Notes: generated from the letters alone by a model not told the origin. A stretch of 64,000 nt of DNA from Chthonomonadales bacterium (GCA_027459625.1 DAIDHP010000009.1:14510-78509); one strand, 5' to 3'; positions 46,395 through 56,730 are shown, counted from the first letter of the stretch. Numbers and translations are program-made.

Positions 46395-48848
46395 CTATTT
46401 CAAAGCGGTTGGGATTGCCTTGAAAATATCGGACTCCTCGTTCCTCTGATAAGTCAAATCCCCAGACCCTTTCAATATGATCACAAAATCCGTTGAAGGC
46501 ATGAAGATTATCCGAATCAAATAGGGCAATTCATGCAGATCGGCAAAGTTAAGTTGCATACGAAAGAGACTGGTATGCTTTTGATCCTTCCAGATGGAAA
46601 ACCCGAAATAATCATCGCCATTCCATATCAGATTATCATATTTCGCCGATTTATCGTTAACTATTATAGAAAAACGGCATTGATCCTGCCATTTTTGTTT
46701 AAAAGCCTTGGAAGGCCCGAGAAACAAAAGATTGTCATGGCTCCAATCATTGTCATTCAGTTGCACATCCGACATTATCGTATTATGAGCCAGAGGGGCG
46801 AAGTCGGTGGCGTGCGATTGGACATACTCCTTCAATATCTTCATATCCGCCTCCGAAATGGAGGAGGGGTAGACCCATATCAGATTCCCCTTGAGAGCGC
46901 GGAACATGGCCAAGGATGACGGACTGGTTGTGTTTATCCCTTGCTGAAAACAGATATCGTTCGGATCCAATAATACTGCATCAGGCTTCCACGGCAATGA
47001 CACATGAAACAGCGCGTTGTGACCTTCTATATCCGTACTGAAATCCTCGGCGTGCCCCGCTCCGTACACACGAAAAGGTGTCCGCATCCAGAAAGCCCCA
47101 TGATTCATCGTGATCACGCCCGATAGCGCCCATGCGGACTTAATCCTTTTTGCAGGAAAGGGGACGAGGGATAGGGAAGGAACGGCTGCGCTGTGCAGCC
47201 AGGAGGTGAAAAAACCTCGCCATTTTGCACCGGATGTCTTGCACACCGCGTTTACGAAGTCCCCCCATTCGGCAATGTGACCATCCTTCCCGCTTTTAAG
47301 AAATAGACGCATCGCATCAAGCATTCTTCGTGCGCCGATCATCCTCTGCAGGTTTTGCAACATCACCAACCCCTTCCCGTAACCCACAAGGGAATCCGCA
47401 GGGTTCATCGCATCCTTGGCATTCGCTAGGGGAGGAACATTGGCAACCCATTTAAGGCTGAAGAGAAGACTAAGTGGTGTGAAATCGTTTAGAAGCGGTT
47501 CGCCCGTCAATTTGCGATGCAGCCAATCGGTATACTCAGCAAACGCTTCGTTCCACATGGAAACGGTATAGGGATTAGGCAGAATCCCGCCCCACCATGT
47601 ATGAGACACTTCATGAGGTATCGCCATGGAGAGCATTGAAGATGCCACAAGCGTAAAGGAATATCCTTCCAATGCAGCGGGAAAGGTCTTGGATTCGACC
47701 ACCGCATAAGAGGGGTAGGGAAACGGAGAGAGATGCTTGGAACACCATTGAAGCATGTCGTAGGCGGTCGAGATGACCTGCTCGCTCTTCGTGGGATCCT
47801 TTTCCAACAACCATGCGGATACGCTAACCCTGCCATATTTTCGCGTGATGATAGAATATTTACCCGCAGCGATCGTGAGGTAACACACGGGCAAATGATT
47901 CCTGTAATGGAACAGTTCTCCATCCGATGACTGTTTTTCTCCCAGCAATGCGCCCTGCGTGATCGCGGACCATCCCTTCGGAACGCATATGACCGTATCG
48001 GCGGTTGCGGGCAATCGGGCGATTTGAGGATACCAAAACCCCGTCAGCGCCGCCTCGTTCGGTCGGATGTAATCCTCCTTCGTAATATCGGGGGTTCCCT
48101 CGTAGACAAGCCGATAGGCCCCCATAGGCGATCGCATGGGGGGTAGCAACAGAAACCCTCCCTTTTGCACATAGGGCACCTTCTTACCATGATACGTAAC
48201 AGAGGATATCCGCCAAATCTCATTCAACCTGATGATGATCGGGTTGTCGGAATCCGCCGTACGCTTAATATGAATGTCATCCACGATATGCACTTGCTTT
48301 TTCGTCATATCAAAACAAACAACGAAACGATGACTAAACAGCCGATAACCGAGGGTGTCCGTCTCAGGTATCTCCCGACCGATTCGCAGCCCATTTTTCG
48401 TGGTTATCACCCGATAGATATGATCGCCTGCGCTTTCGCACACACAGTAATGACTAAAAGCGAGCAGAGATAATCGTTTTCTTCCTTTGGAATAGTTGAG
48501 GGAAAGGATGTTCGCGCTCCACTTCGCCTGAGGCGCTATCATAACCATGCCTGATGATATCCACTTGTAAGAGTTCCATACCCCTGCGGCGGTCATACGG
48601 GTGAGCGATTCGAAATCGCTTCTCTCCGCTGCGGCGCGAGCTTTGATCAGAAATGCGCTGTCACAAGAGGATAACGTGTAGGTTTCACGAGCACTACTTG
48701 CAGTGGAAAGTAGAAAAAGCGGCGACAGAATGAAAGCCCAAATAATTTTTTTATAATTCAACACTGGATTTCCGTTCCAAAAAGATACTTTCAAAAGTGT
48801 GCGGTTGGGATACCCGGTCATTATAAGGTTTTCATGAGAAACTGTCAA
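46395..48848 (-). CDS. M1-family zinc metallopeptidase (aminopeptidase N-like), secreted
   Basis: HEVSHTWWG...WNEAFAEY gluzincin motif. N-terminal signal/anchor IIWAFILSPLFLLSTASSA. Confidence 0.8.
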   Translation of the reverse strand: MTVSHENLIMTGYPNRTLLKVSFWNGNPVLNYKKIIWAFILSPLFLLSTASSARETYTLSSCDSAFLIKARAAAERSDFESLTRMTAAGVWNSYKWISSGMVMIAPQAKWSANILSLNYSKGRKRLSLLAFSHYCVCESAGDHIYRVITTKNGLRIGREIPETDTLGYRLFSHRFVVCFDMTKKQVHIVDDIHIKRTADSDNPIIIRLNEIWRISSVTYHGKKVPYVQKGGFLLLPPMRSPMGAYRLVYEGTPDITKEDYIRPNEAALTGFWYPQIARLPATADTVICVPKGWSAITQGALLGEKQSSDGELFHYRNHLPVCYLTIAAGKYSIITRKYGRVSVSAWLLEKDPTKSEQVISTAYDMLQWCSKHLSPFPYPSYAVVESKTFPAALEGYSFTLVASSMLSMAIPHEVSHTWWGGILPNPYTVSMWNEAFAEYTDWLHRKLTGEPLLNDFTPLSLLFSLKWVANVPPLANAKDAMNPADSLVGYGKGLVMLQNLQRMIGARRMLDAMRLFLKSGKDGHIAEWGDFVNAVCKTSGAKWRGFFTSWLHSAAVPSLSLVPFPAKRIKSAWALSGVITMNHGAFWMRTPFRVYGAGHAEDFSTDIEGHNALFHVSLPWKPDAVLLDPNDICFQQGINTTSPSSLAMFRALKGNLIWVYPSSISEADMKILKEYVQSHATDFAPLAHNTIMSDVQLNDNDWSHDNLLFLGPSKAFKQKWQDQCRFSIIVNDKSAKYDNLIWNGDDYFGFSIWKDQKHTSLFRMQLNFADLHELPYLIRIIFMPSTDFVIILKGSGDLTYQRNEESDIFKAIPTALK

Positions 48849-48953
48849 GAAACAAGGCTTGCAGCCGCGGTTTTCGAGCTTGCGATTTAGCTACCCGAAC
48901 CCAAATTCTGCTATAATAAAATATCCTATTATGTGAAATCATTCATCATCATC

Positions 48954-49844
48954 ATGAAAATATTAATCACCGGAGCCAATGGAATGCTTGGCCGGGAAGC
49001 ACAAGCCATATATAATCAGGCTGGTCATGAAATACTGCCAACCGACATCGTTTCCACCGATCGTATTCTAGATATCACTCAAACCTCCCAAACGCTATCG
49101 CTCCTAAGGGAGTATCGCCCGGACGCCCTGTTGCACTGCGCCGCATGGACCAATGTGGATGGCGCCGAAAGCCATGAACTTGAAGCGTATCGTATCAACG
49201 CTCTTGGCACATGGAACTTGGCTTACGCATGCTCTCTTATGGATATTCCGATTTGCGCTATCAGCACCGATTTTGTATTCGACGGGGAAAAGACGGAACC
49301 CTATACGGAGTTCGATACGCCCAATCCGTTAAGCGTATACGGAAAATCCAAGCTTGCAGGAGAGATGCGCATCCGGGATATATGGAGCAAGCATTGGATC
49401 GTTAGAACATCCTGGCTATACGGCGTTCACGGAAAATGTTTTCCGGACACAATTATCAAAGCCGCCGCGAAATGGGAGCCTGGCGCACCTCCCTTGCGTA
49501 TTGTCGCCGATCAATTCGGTTCTCCAACATGGACAAGAGATCTCACAATATTCACACTGCAATTGATCGAGCGCTCTCTTCCTTGGGGAACTTGGCATTT
49601 TTCGAATCAAGGAGAAACAAACTGGCATGAATTCGCCAGAACAGCTTTGAACTTCTCCGGATTAGGGAGCGTCCCCACAACACCCATTCCATCGTCCGAT
49701 TGGAGATCCCCCGCCCCACGGCCCTGTAAATCCACATTGCATCCGCTATCGATTGAAATGCTGAACTTGCCCTCGCCGCCCAATTGGATGGATTCCCTCT
49801 CAAGCTATCTCAAGGAGCGTTCTGACAGGATTGGAAAAGGATAA
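48954..49844 (+). CDS. rmlD: dTDP-4-dehydrorhamnose reductase
   Basis: Start moved to ATG 48954, giving MKILITGANGMLGRE. ...ISTDFVFDG...YGKSKLAGE (YxxxK). Confidence 0.85.
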   Translation: MKILITGANGMLGREAQAIYNQAGHEILPTDIVSTDRILDITQTSQTLSLLREYRPDALLHCAAWTNVDGAESHELEAYRINALGTWNLAYACSLMDIPICAISTDFVFDGEKTEPYTEFDTPNPLSVYGKSKLAGEMRIRDIWSKHWIVRTSWLYGVHGKCFPDTIIKAAAKWEPGAPPLRIVADQFGSPTWTRDLTIFTLQLIERSLPWGTWHFSNQGETNWHEFARTALNFSGLGSVPTTPIPSSDWRSPAPRPCKSTLHPLSIEMLNLPSPPNWMDSLSSYLKERSDRIGKG

Positions 49845-49847
49845 ATA

Positions 49848-50948
49848 ATGAAGGCGAGAGTATATGGGGTTGTGGATCGAATTGCGTCTGAGAGGGAAGG
49901 CGCACAAGAGATAATCGTGAAAACCGACGATGGCAACCGCAAAGCGATTAATTACATCCAATATACGGGGCTATTGCAGCCAGGCGATCCGGTGACGCTG
50001 AACACTTGGGCGGTTGAATTGGAATTGGGAACGGGCGGGCTGGACTTCGTAGCGCAATCCACGCGCATGCCCGAAAATATGATTCCGCCCGGGCGCATAA
50101 TGAAACTGCGATACACTCCGTGGCAGTTTCCCGTTTTAACGGCGGGAGCGGAGGAAAGCCCATGGCACGAGGATTTATGCAACTTCACCAGTCTTGCGTC
50201 AACACCGGTGGTTTGCGCGGAACTCCATAGTCAGGTACCCGCCATAGCGGCATCCTGCAAATGGCAGAGCCAGGGGGCTGCGCGGGTTGTCTACATCATG
50301 ACCGATGGCGCGGCGTTACCATTACCCTACAGCCGATTGGTGGCGTACATGCGAGACAAAGGATTGATAGATGCGGTTGTCACCAGCGGACAGGCATTCG
50401 GAGGGGATTATGAAGCGGTAAACATCTACTCCGCTCTCGCCATAGCCAAAGTCGCAGTAAAAGCGGATGTGATCGTGGTATGCCAGGGACCAGGCAATAC
50501 GGGAACTCGCACGCAGTTTGGCTTTTCAGGAATCGAGCAGGGGATATCCCTAAACGCCGCTGCCTCATTGGAAGGCACCCCGATTGCGATTGCGAGATTA
50601 AGTTTCGCGGATACGCGCCCGAGACACATCGGAATCAGTTGCCACACTCTAACCATCTTATCCAAGGTGGCCTTGTGTAGAACGTATGTGCCGTTACCTA
50701 GATTGCCCGAATCTCAGCGGAAAGTGTTGAGAGCCGCTTTGGATGAGGAGGGGCTGCGCCAAAAGCATGATTTCATCACGGTGAACGCCGAGGCTGGTCT
50801 GAAGGCGTTGAAGGAAACCGGTATTCCGGTCACCACCATGGGCAGAGGAATTGAGGAGGAGGAATCGTTCTTCCTCGCAGCATGTTCAGGTGGATTGCTC
50901 GCGGGTCAATGCCTGGAGGAAAGCGGAATGTCCAAGGAGCAGTTATGA
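49848..50948 (+). CDS. DUF3866-like hypothetical protein
   Basis: 366 aa. Begins 4 nt after the rmlD stop. The N-terminal pattern RVYGVVDRIASEREGAQEIIV...AINYIQYTGLLQPGDPVTLNTWAVELELGTGGLDFV resembles DUF3866 as I recall it. Family call unverified. Confidence 0.55.
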   Translation: MKARVYGVVDRIASEREGAQEIIVKTDDGNRKAINYIQYTGLLQPGDPVTLNTWAVELELGTGGLDFVAQSTRMPENMIPPGRIMKLRYTPWQFPVLTAGAEESPWHEDLCNFTSLASTPVVCAELHSQVPAIAASCKWQSQGAARVVYIMTDGAALPLPYSRLVAYMRDKGLIDAVVTSGQAFGGDYEAVNIYSALAIAKVAVKADVIVVCQGPGNTGTRTQFGFSGIEQGISLNAAASLEGTPIAIARLSFADTRPRHIGISCHTLTILSKVALCRTYVPLPRLPESQRKVLRAALDEEGLRQKHDFITVNAEAGLKALKETGIPVTTMGRGIEEEESFFLAACSGGLLAGQCLEESGMSKEQL

Positions 50949-50994
50949 CGCCTTGGAGAAGTTCATTCCCGCCTTAAAAGTAAAATGAATCAAA

Positions 50995-51025
50995 AAGCCG
51001 TGGCGGAAATCTCTCGCCACGGCTT
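50995..51025. terminator. Bidirectional rho-independent terminator
   Basis: 11-bp perfect stem AAGCCGTGGCG / CGCCACGGCTT with a 9-nt loop. Flanked by an A-run (50992-50996) and cgcgTTTT (51026-51033). It sits between the convergent DUF3866-like and citrate synthase genes. Confidence 0.7.
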
Positions 51026-51039
51026 CGCGTTTTCCGGCA

Positions 51040-52179
51040 TTAACGACGATTAATGGGCACGTACTTGAGATCGACCGGCCCGATATATTCCGCTCTTGGG
51101 CGGATCAGGCGGTTCTTGCCCCACTGCTCGAGAATGTGCGCCGTCCAGCCGACCATGCGGCTTATGGCGAAGATCGGCGTAAAAATCTCCGAGGGTATGT
51201 TCATCGACTCATAGCATATGCCGGAATAGAAGTCCACATTCGGATACACCTTTGTATTCGAAAGCACGGCCTTCTCCACCTCCGAAGCGGTTTGATACAG
51301 TTTTTCATTGCCGGACGATTTCGCAAGCTTCTCCGCATAACTTCGAAGAATTGTCGCTCGCGGGTCCTCGGTGCGATAAACGCGATGCCCGAAGCCAGGA
51401 ATTTTCACGCCGCGAGAGAGTGCGTCCTTCACCCATTGCTCCGCGCGGGCGGGATTGTCAATCTCGTGCAGCATCTTCATCACCTGCTCGTTCGCACCGC
51501 CGTGCAATGGGCCTTTGAGAGCGCCGATCGCCGCCACTACGCTGGAATACATATCCGATAATGTCGCAGCCACCACTCGCGCGGCGAAGGTGGAGGCGTT
51601 CCACTCGTGATCCGCATGCAGAATCAGCGCCACATCAAATGCGTTAACCCAATCGGGGTTCGGCTCCGTACCATGGAGTTGGTACAGGAAATTGTAGGCA
51701 AGTGTTTGTCTTGGCTTGGGAGGTATAGGCTCCAAGCCGTTCCTCAAACGATAATGTGCGCTCGTTAATTGAGTGATATGCTCTGATAATCGAATCGCTT
51801 TGCGAAGGCATGCGTCCAATCTCGTATTTCCACTGTCGGGATCCCAGTGTCCCAAGGAGGAAACGGCGGTTCTTAAGACCTCCATCGGGGTCGCCGTTTT
51901 CGGGAACATGCGCAGGATCATAACGGTTTCAATGGGTAATTCCATACTGCCAGTGTATGCATCAATGAATGCATCGAACTCTACTTTTCCGGGAAGTCTT
52001 CCGTACCAAAGAAGATAAGCAACCTCCTCGAAACTTGATTTGTCGGCGAGTTCCGTGATGTCGTAACCACGATAGAGCAGTTTGCCCTGAACTCCATCGA
52101 CAAGGGAGATGCCAGACTCTCCCGCCACCACATCCTCCAAGCCACCCTTGGCCGGCGCTTTCTTTGTCTCTTCACTCAT
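51040..52179 (-). CDS. gltA: Citrate synthase
   Basis: Start moved to ATG 52179 (AGGAGGAA upstream), giving MSEETKKAPAKGGLEDVVAGESGISLVDG..GKLLYRGYDI. ...ILHADHEWNASTF...GFGHRVYRTEDPR. Confidence 0.92.
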   Translation of the reverse strand: MSEETKKAPAKGGLEDVVAGESGISLVDGVQGKLLYRGYDITELADKSSFEEVAYLLWYGRLPGKVEFDAFIDAYTGSMELPIETVMILRMFPKTATPMEVLRTAVSSLGHWDPDSGNTRLDACLRKAIRLSEHITQLTSAHYRLRNGLEPIPPKPRQTLAYNFLYQLHGTEPNPDWVNAFDVALILHADHEWNASTFAARVVAATLSDMYSSVVAAIGALKGPLHGGANEQVMKMLHEIDNPARAEQWVKDALSRGVKIPGFGHRVYRTEDPRATILRSYAEKLAKSSGNEKLYQTASEVEKAVLSNTKVYPNVDFYSGICYESMNIPSEIFTPIFAISRMVGWTAHILEQWGKNRLIRPRAEYIGPVDLKYVPINRR

Positions 52180-52746
52180 TTTTTGTTTTTTTCCTCCTGC
52201 ATGATTCATTTTCCGCCTCTTAGTACGCACGAATGGAAGGTAATTCTACCCCTTTTGCGTGAGAATTTCTTGCATTATTGAGAAAACCTAGACATCATGA
52301 AAATAGGACTTTGGGCGGGAAACAACAGTGTCATCCGGCTGATAAGCGAAACGGATTCCAGCCTTCAAAAATGTTTATCCCTTACCCTAGGGGGCGCAAT
52401 CCTCCCTCTACGAGCGAACTGATATTTACTATATACGTCATTAATCTCATGTTCATTGTATGAAAACAATTTTTTTTCTTTATTCGATGTTAATTCCAAC
52501 ATAGGAATCCAAAACGATTACCGCCCGCCTCACCGCAATGATATCCCAACATGCGGGAATCGCAACATGATTTTAACCGATATGCGAAGTTTTGGCATAA
52601 TTCGCCTTTTTATGGCGTATACTTTAATAATAGCTAACTGCAGAAACTTCCGAAAAGGGTTTCCATTTCGGTTGGCTTGCTTCTTATACCGCGATTGACG
52701 CCGGCGGCATTTGCATGGCGTCATTAAAAAGTGGGAGATCTTAAGT

Positions 52747-53295
52747 ATGGCGAATAGGATTGTGGAAATCAATGCGCACGATTCCAGCATGCCCACGCCC
52801 TCGCCCGGAGTGGGGGGACAGCCTTTTGTCGTGGCAAAAATGGATGAGTTGGTAAACTGGGCGCGTCGAAATAGCCTATGGCCGCTCACATTCGGGCTGG
52901 CTTGTTGCGCGATCGAAATGATGGCTTCCGCAGCGTCTCGTTTTGATGTATCTCGCTTTGGCGCAGAGGTGTTTCGCGCCTCGCCGCGTCAAGCGGATGT
53001 GATGATCGTCGCGGGAAGAGTTTCGACAAAGATGGGACCGGTTCTCAGGCAGATTTACGATCAGATGCCGAATCCGAAATGGGTCATTTCCATGGGGGCT
53101 TGCGCCTCCACGGGTGGTTTTTACAACAATTACGCTATCCTGCAAGGGGTGGATCAAATCATACCGGTGGACGTATATGTTCCCGGATGTCCTCCCAGCC
53201 CTGATGCTTTGATATACGCCATCATGAGACTGCAGGAAAAAATCAAATCCGGTTCCTCCGGACATCTTATAGAATTACCTATGGTGAAAGCGTAA
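52747..53295 (+). CDS. nuoB: NADH-quinone oxidoreductase subunit B (N2 Fe-S subunit)
   Basis: Start moved to ATG 52747. [17 protein letters not shown]...[10 protein letters not shown]...VPGCPPSP. Confidence 0.92.
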   Translation: MANRIVEINAHDSSMPTPSPGVGGQPFVVAKMDELVNWARRNSLWPLTFGLACCAIEMMASAASRFDVSRFGAEVFRASPRQADVMIVAGRVSTKMGPVLRQIYDQMPNPKWVISMGACASTGGFYNNYAILQGVDQIIPVDVYVPGCPPSPDALIYAIMRLQEKIKSGSSGHLIELPMVKA

Positions 53296-53296
53296 A

Positions 53297-53770
53297 ATGG
53301 CTGAAACACTAAATCGTACATTCACCCCTATCGCACAGGGAATGGCGTTAACATTAAAGCACTATGTGAAAATGCTTACGGCGCGCAAGGAAAATATCGC
53401 CACATTTCAATATCCCGAGGAGCGAAGAGAGCAATTTCCGAGAACTCGATGGCGACATGTTCTGACAAGATATGACAATGGTCTGGAAAAATGCATCGGT
53501 TGCAGCCTGTGCGCCGGAGCGTGCCCGGCGAGATGCATCTACGTGGAGGCGAAGGAGAACACGGACGAAAACCGCGTCTCTCCGGGGGAGAGATTCGCCA
53601 TAAAGTATGAGATCAACATGCTTCGCTGCATTTTTTGCGGGTATTGCCAAGAGGCTTGTCCGACAGGCGCGATAGTGCTCCGCAAGGATTTTGAGCTAAG
53701 CGAATACTCTCGGCAGGACGCCCTCTACACCAAGGAGATGCTGCTTGAGCCGATTCTGATGAAGAAATAG
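53297..53770 (+). CDS. nuoI: NADH-quinone oxidoreductase subunit I (2x[4Fe-4S])
   Basis: [12 protein letters not shown] and [12 protein letters not shown] ferredoxin motifs in NuoI-type context (TFQYPEERR...[12 protein letters not shown]). Starts 1 nt after the nuoB stop. Confidence 0.92.
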   Translation: MAETLNRTFTPIAQGMALTLKHYVKMLTARKENIATFQYPEERREQFPRTRWRHVLTRYDNGLEKCIGCSLCAGACPARCIYVEAKENTDENRVSPGERFAIKYEINMLRCIFCGYCQEACPTGAIVLRKDFELSEYSRQDALYTKEMLLEPILMKK

Positions 53771-53772
53771 CA

Positions 53773-53797
53773 TTGAGCCCGCATCAAGCGGGCTCAA
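53773..53797. terminator. Hairpin between convergent nuoI and the GH116N-like gene
   Basis: 10-bp perfect stem TTGAGCCCGC / GCGGGCTCAA with a 5-nt loop. The right arm overlaps the stop codon at 53794-53796. No clean T-run on either side. Confidence 0.45.
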
Positions 53798-54753
53798 CCC
53801 TTGCCTATAAGCTCCTCCATCCAATACATGTAAGACGGAACCTCACCGCCGTAATCCTTAAAAGCCTGTTCCGCAAGCCATATAATGGCGTTATCACCTC
53901 TTCGCTTGGTTAGATATTGGCAATGCTTCCGAAATTGTCCTTTTAATTCGCCCATTTTGTAATATGGAAAATGCCATACAAACGCGAAGGGAATCTGTCT
54001 TACCTCATCCGGCTTCAAATCGAATTTCACCCACGCTCCTGCGCCTTGGCGATCCCCGCGAGGCACTGCGGAATCTAACTCCCCGTCCTCTCGGAAATCC
54101 TCCAGTAAAGGCTCCAACCCCTCCGGCGCACTCCATGGCTCGATTCCCTGTAAATAGATACCCTCGCTATGTAGATCCGGCATTGAAACACCGATACGCC
54201 CCCCCATATCCAAAGGGTCGCCTCCCAAAGCTCCTGTAAGAGCGAGATTATCGTGCTGATAGTCAAATCTGGAGTACGCCGTCATGTCCGGCCAAGCGCA
54301 AGTCAATGTGGATAACAGCGCGGATTCAACGGGACGATCGGAGCGATTTTGTACCCTGAACACCACCATATGAATTGGCAGATAGCTTTCATAGGCCGGC
54401 GCTTGGTCCTCATCCAAATAGACGGGAGAGAAATCCATCGATTCCAAGGATAGTTCGGCTTCATCCCGCAAGAAATATCTTCTCCATGTGAAGGGATATG
54501 AACCCAGACACTCGCTTTCCTCCAGCCTCCAAGCATCTCGCCCCACCTTTGTGCGACGCCATAGATGAAACTGATCCAATTCCGCGGGACGGTCATCCGC
54601 CTTTCCTTCGGGTTCCATTTTCCATCCGCGAAATCGACAATCCCCCGAGATCATAAAGCCGCCGGTATCAATGCCTTCCGCACGCACGGGATGGGGGGAG
54701 TATGGAATATCCGGCAGAATGAATAGTTTAACGGGCAACATTCGTTTCATCAC
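53794..54753 (-). CDS. GH116 N-terminal-domain-like protein lacking the catalytic domain
   Basis: 319 aa. IDTGGFMISGDCRFRGWKM (compare GGIGTG.i....G.f..W.i) and IPFAFVWHFPYY (compare laWhfPn) resemble the beta-sandwich N-domain of GBA2/GH116 enzymes. The ORF ends where the (alpha/alpha)6 catalytic domain would begin. Confidence 0.45.
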   Translation of the reverse strand: MMKRMLPVKLFILPDIPYSPHPVRAEGIDTGGFMISGDCRFRGWKMEPEGKADDRPAELDQFHLWRRTKVGRDAWRLEESECLGSYPFTWRRYFLRDEAELSLESMDFSPVYLDEDQAPAYESYLPIHMVVFRVQNRSDRPVESALLSTLTCAWPDMTAYSRFDYQHDNLALTGALGGDPLDMGGRIGVSMPDLHSEGIYLQGIEPWSAPEGLEPLLEDFREDGELDSAVPRGDRQGAGAWVKFDLKPDEVRQIPFAFVWHFPYYKMGELKGQFRKHCQYLTKRRGDNAIIWLAEQAFKDYGGEVPSYMYWMEELIGKG

Positions 54754-56609
54754 TTTTGGGGAGTAAGGAGCACCACCGTTGGCAGTCCCACTATCCCGTA
54801 TTCGCTTTTTAGTTTTTGTGAGGCGGGTCCATCGAAATTGGTCATGTCCGCCCGAAATGCTTCATAGTTTGATGCGATCCTGCCCACGCTTGGATCAGTA
54901 AAAGTGGTTCTTTCAAGCGCCTTGCAGTCAGCGCACCAATTCGCCGAGAAGTCTATGAGAATGCTTTTTTTCCGGGCTACGGCGCTTCTCACCGCCTCCG
55001 AGTTGTATGGCTGCCAATGAATTGCGGGCGGAGGGGCGGGAAACATCATCCAAATGCCCGCAGCAATGGTTGCAACGCCAATAATCTGACGTCCCCAGCG
55101 GAATGCGTGGTTATCCCCTCCGGAACGATCCAACAAGAGGATGATAACACCTATAAGAATGGTGCATCCGGTCAAAACCTTCGAACCCAGTCCGGGGGAA
55201 AGACGATCTATCAAGTTCTGCAGATAATAGAACCCCATCCATATCATCAGAAACCCGAAGATATGTTTCACTCCCATCATCCACTCCCCGGATCGAGGAA
55301 GTTTTTTGATGGAACCTGAAACCGTTGCAAGCAGAATATACGGGCATCCCAGTCCGAGTGAGAGAGTGAAGAAGACCAAAAAGCCCAGTTCCGCGCTTTT
55401 TTGCGCTCCCACCCATTGCAACAGGGCGACCACGGCGGGACCAATGCACGGCGCGGCGACAACACCCACCAACACGCCCATCATAATCGCGCCGACCGCA
55501 CCGGAACGCGTGGTTGCGGATTTACGGATCGAGGCGGGAAGCTGAAACTCCCAAATCGGCATCCCATTGGGGCGATCGAATTGAGAGAGAGCCAAGCCGA
55601 ACATAATAAGCGCGAACACGAGCAGCACCCATGGATTCTGCATCTGCGAACCAAAAAGGCTGCCCGTCAACCCGGCGATCACCCCCAGCGAGGAATACAT
55701 CGCAGCCATTCCAAGCACGTAAAAAAGAGACAGAACCAGAGGCTTGGCGCCGTTGCTAGCCGTCTGGCTGCCAAAGTAACCGATCGTAATGGGAATGACG
55801 GGATAGACGCACGGGGTCAGGTTTAACGCCAAGCCAAGGAGAAAAATCAGAGGGAGAGCCAATAACAGGTTCCCCCCCTTCAATAAACGATTCAAATCGA
55901 TATCCTGTGGTTGCTCGTTCGCTTCACCGCTTTGCAGAAACTTGACGAACTGAGCTGGAGGAAGATATTGCTCCAGCTTACCCATTCGATAACCGGCTGG
56001 AACGGTTGAGGTGACCTCGCTATGTTGCTGTTTTGCGACGCCACCGGAATTAGGCGTAACAGGCGCGGTTATGGAAATAGCTTTCTGTTTGTGTTTGGGC
56101 GGTGGATTCTTATGCGGAACCGCTTTGGCGGATATCCTTATGATGGAGGAAACAGACGCCGTTGAGGGCGGGAAACAGGTTAGGTTATTGCACGCCTGAT
56201 AGCTCACTTTCGTTTCGAACTTGAAACTCCCGGTCAGTTTTTTCTCAGGGGTTACGACAGCACTCACCACCGTATCCCCTTCGTATACGGACAAAACGAA
56301 TCCGGCAAGTTTCGCTTGCAGCGCCTTTGGATACACGGGCGGAGCTATCTTAAAGCCTTTCGGCGCGGAAATAGTGACCACGGTGGGGATAAATCCGCTT
56401 TCCGATGGTTTGTGTGACTGTATATGAAACCCCGATGTGATTTTCAGGTGAATTAAAACAGAGAATGGCTTGCCTGGAATGGGTGCGTTCTTTGTCTGCA
56501 TGGAGAGGCTTAGATATTTCTGTGCGCCAAATTGCGCGGATGCGAATTGCGGGACTATACATAAATAAAACGCAACGAAGGTACTTGCAAAAGCTCCACC
56601 GAATTTCAT
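54750..56609 (-). CDS. dsbD: Thiol:disulfide interchange protein DsbD (alpha, CcdA-type TM and thioredoxin domains)
   Basis: Signal peptide present. N-domain with QACNNLTC. TM core with LTPCVYPVIP and AAPCIGPAV. C-terminal thioredoxin WCADC. Confidence 0.85.
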   Translation of the reverse strand: MKFGGAFASTFVAFYLCIVPQFASAQFGAQKYLSLSMQTKNAPIPGKPFSVLIHLKITSGFHIQSHKPSESGFIPTVVTISAPKGFKIAPPVYPKALQAKLAGFVLSVYEGDTVVSAVVTPEKKLTGSFKFETKVSYQACNNLTCFPPSTASVSSIIRISAKAVPHKNPPPKHKQKAISITAPVTPNSGGVAKQQHSEVTSTVPAGYRMGKLEQYLPPAQFVKFLQSGEANEQPQDIDLNRLLKGGNLLLALPLIFLLGLALNLTPCVYPVIPITIGYFGSQTASNGAKPLVLSLFYVLGMAAMYSSLGVIAGLTGSLFGSQMQNPWVLLVFALIMFGLALSQFDRPNGMPIWEFQLPASIRKSATTRSGAVGAIMMGVLVGVVAAPCIGPAVVALLQWVGAQKSAELGFLVFFTLSLGLGCPYILLATVSGSIKKLPRSGEWMMGVKHIFGFLMIWMGFYYLQNLIDRLSPGLGSKVLTGCTILIGVIILLLDRSGGDNHAFRWGRQIIGVATIAAGIWMMFPAPPPAIHWQPYNSEAVRSAVARKKSILIDFSANWCADCKALERTTFTDPSVGRIASNYEAFRADMTNFDGPASQKLKSEYGIVGLPTVVLLTPQK

Positions 56610-56730
56610 TCACTAACTCCTTGATCATAATTGACCAATACCTTTATACCCTGTAACATCGTTTTTTGGTTCCATTGAAGCCGTGGAACTGCGGGAGCCA
56701 GGATGGTGAAAGAGATAGTGCGTGTACGTA

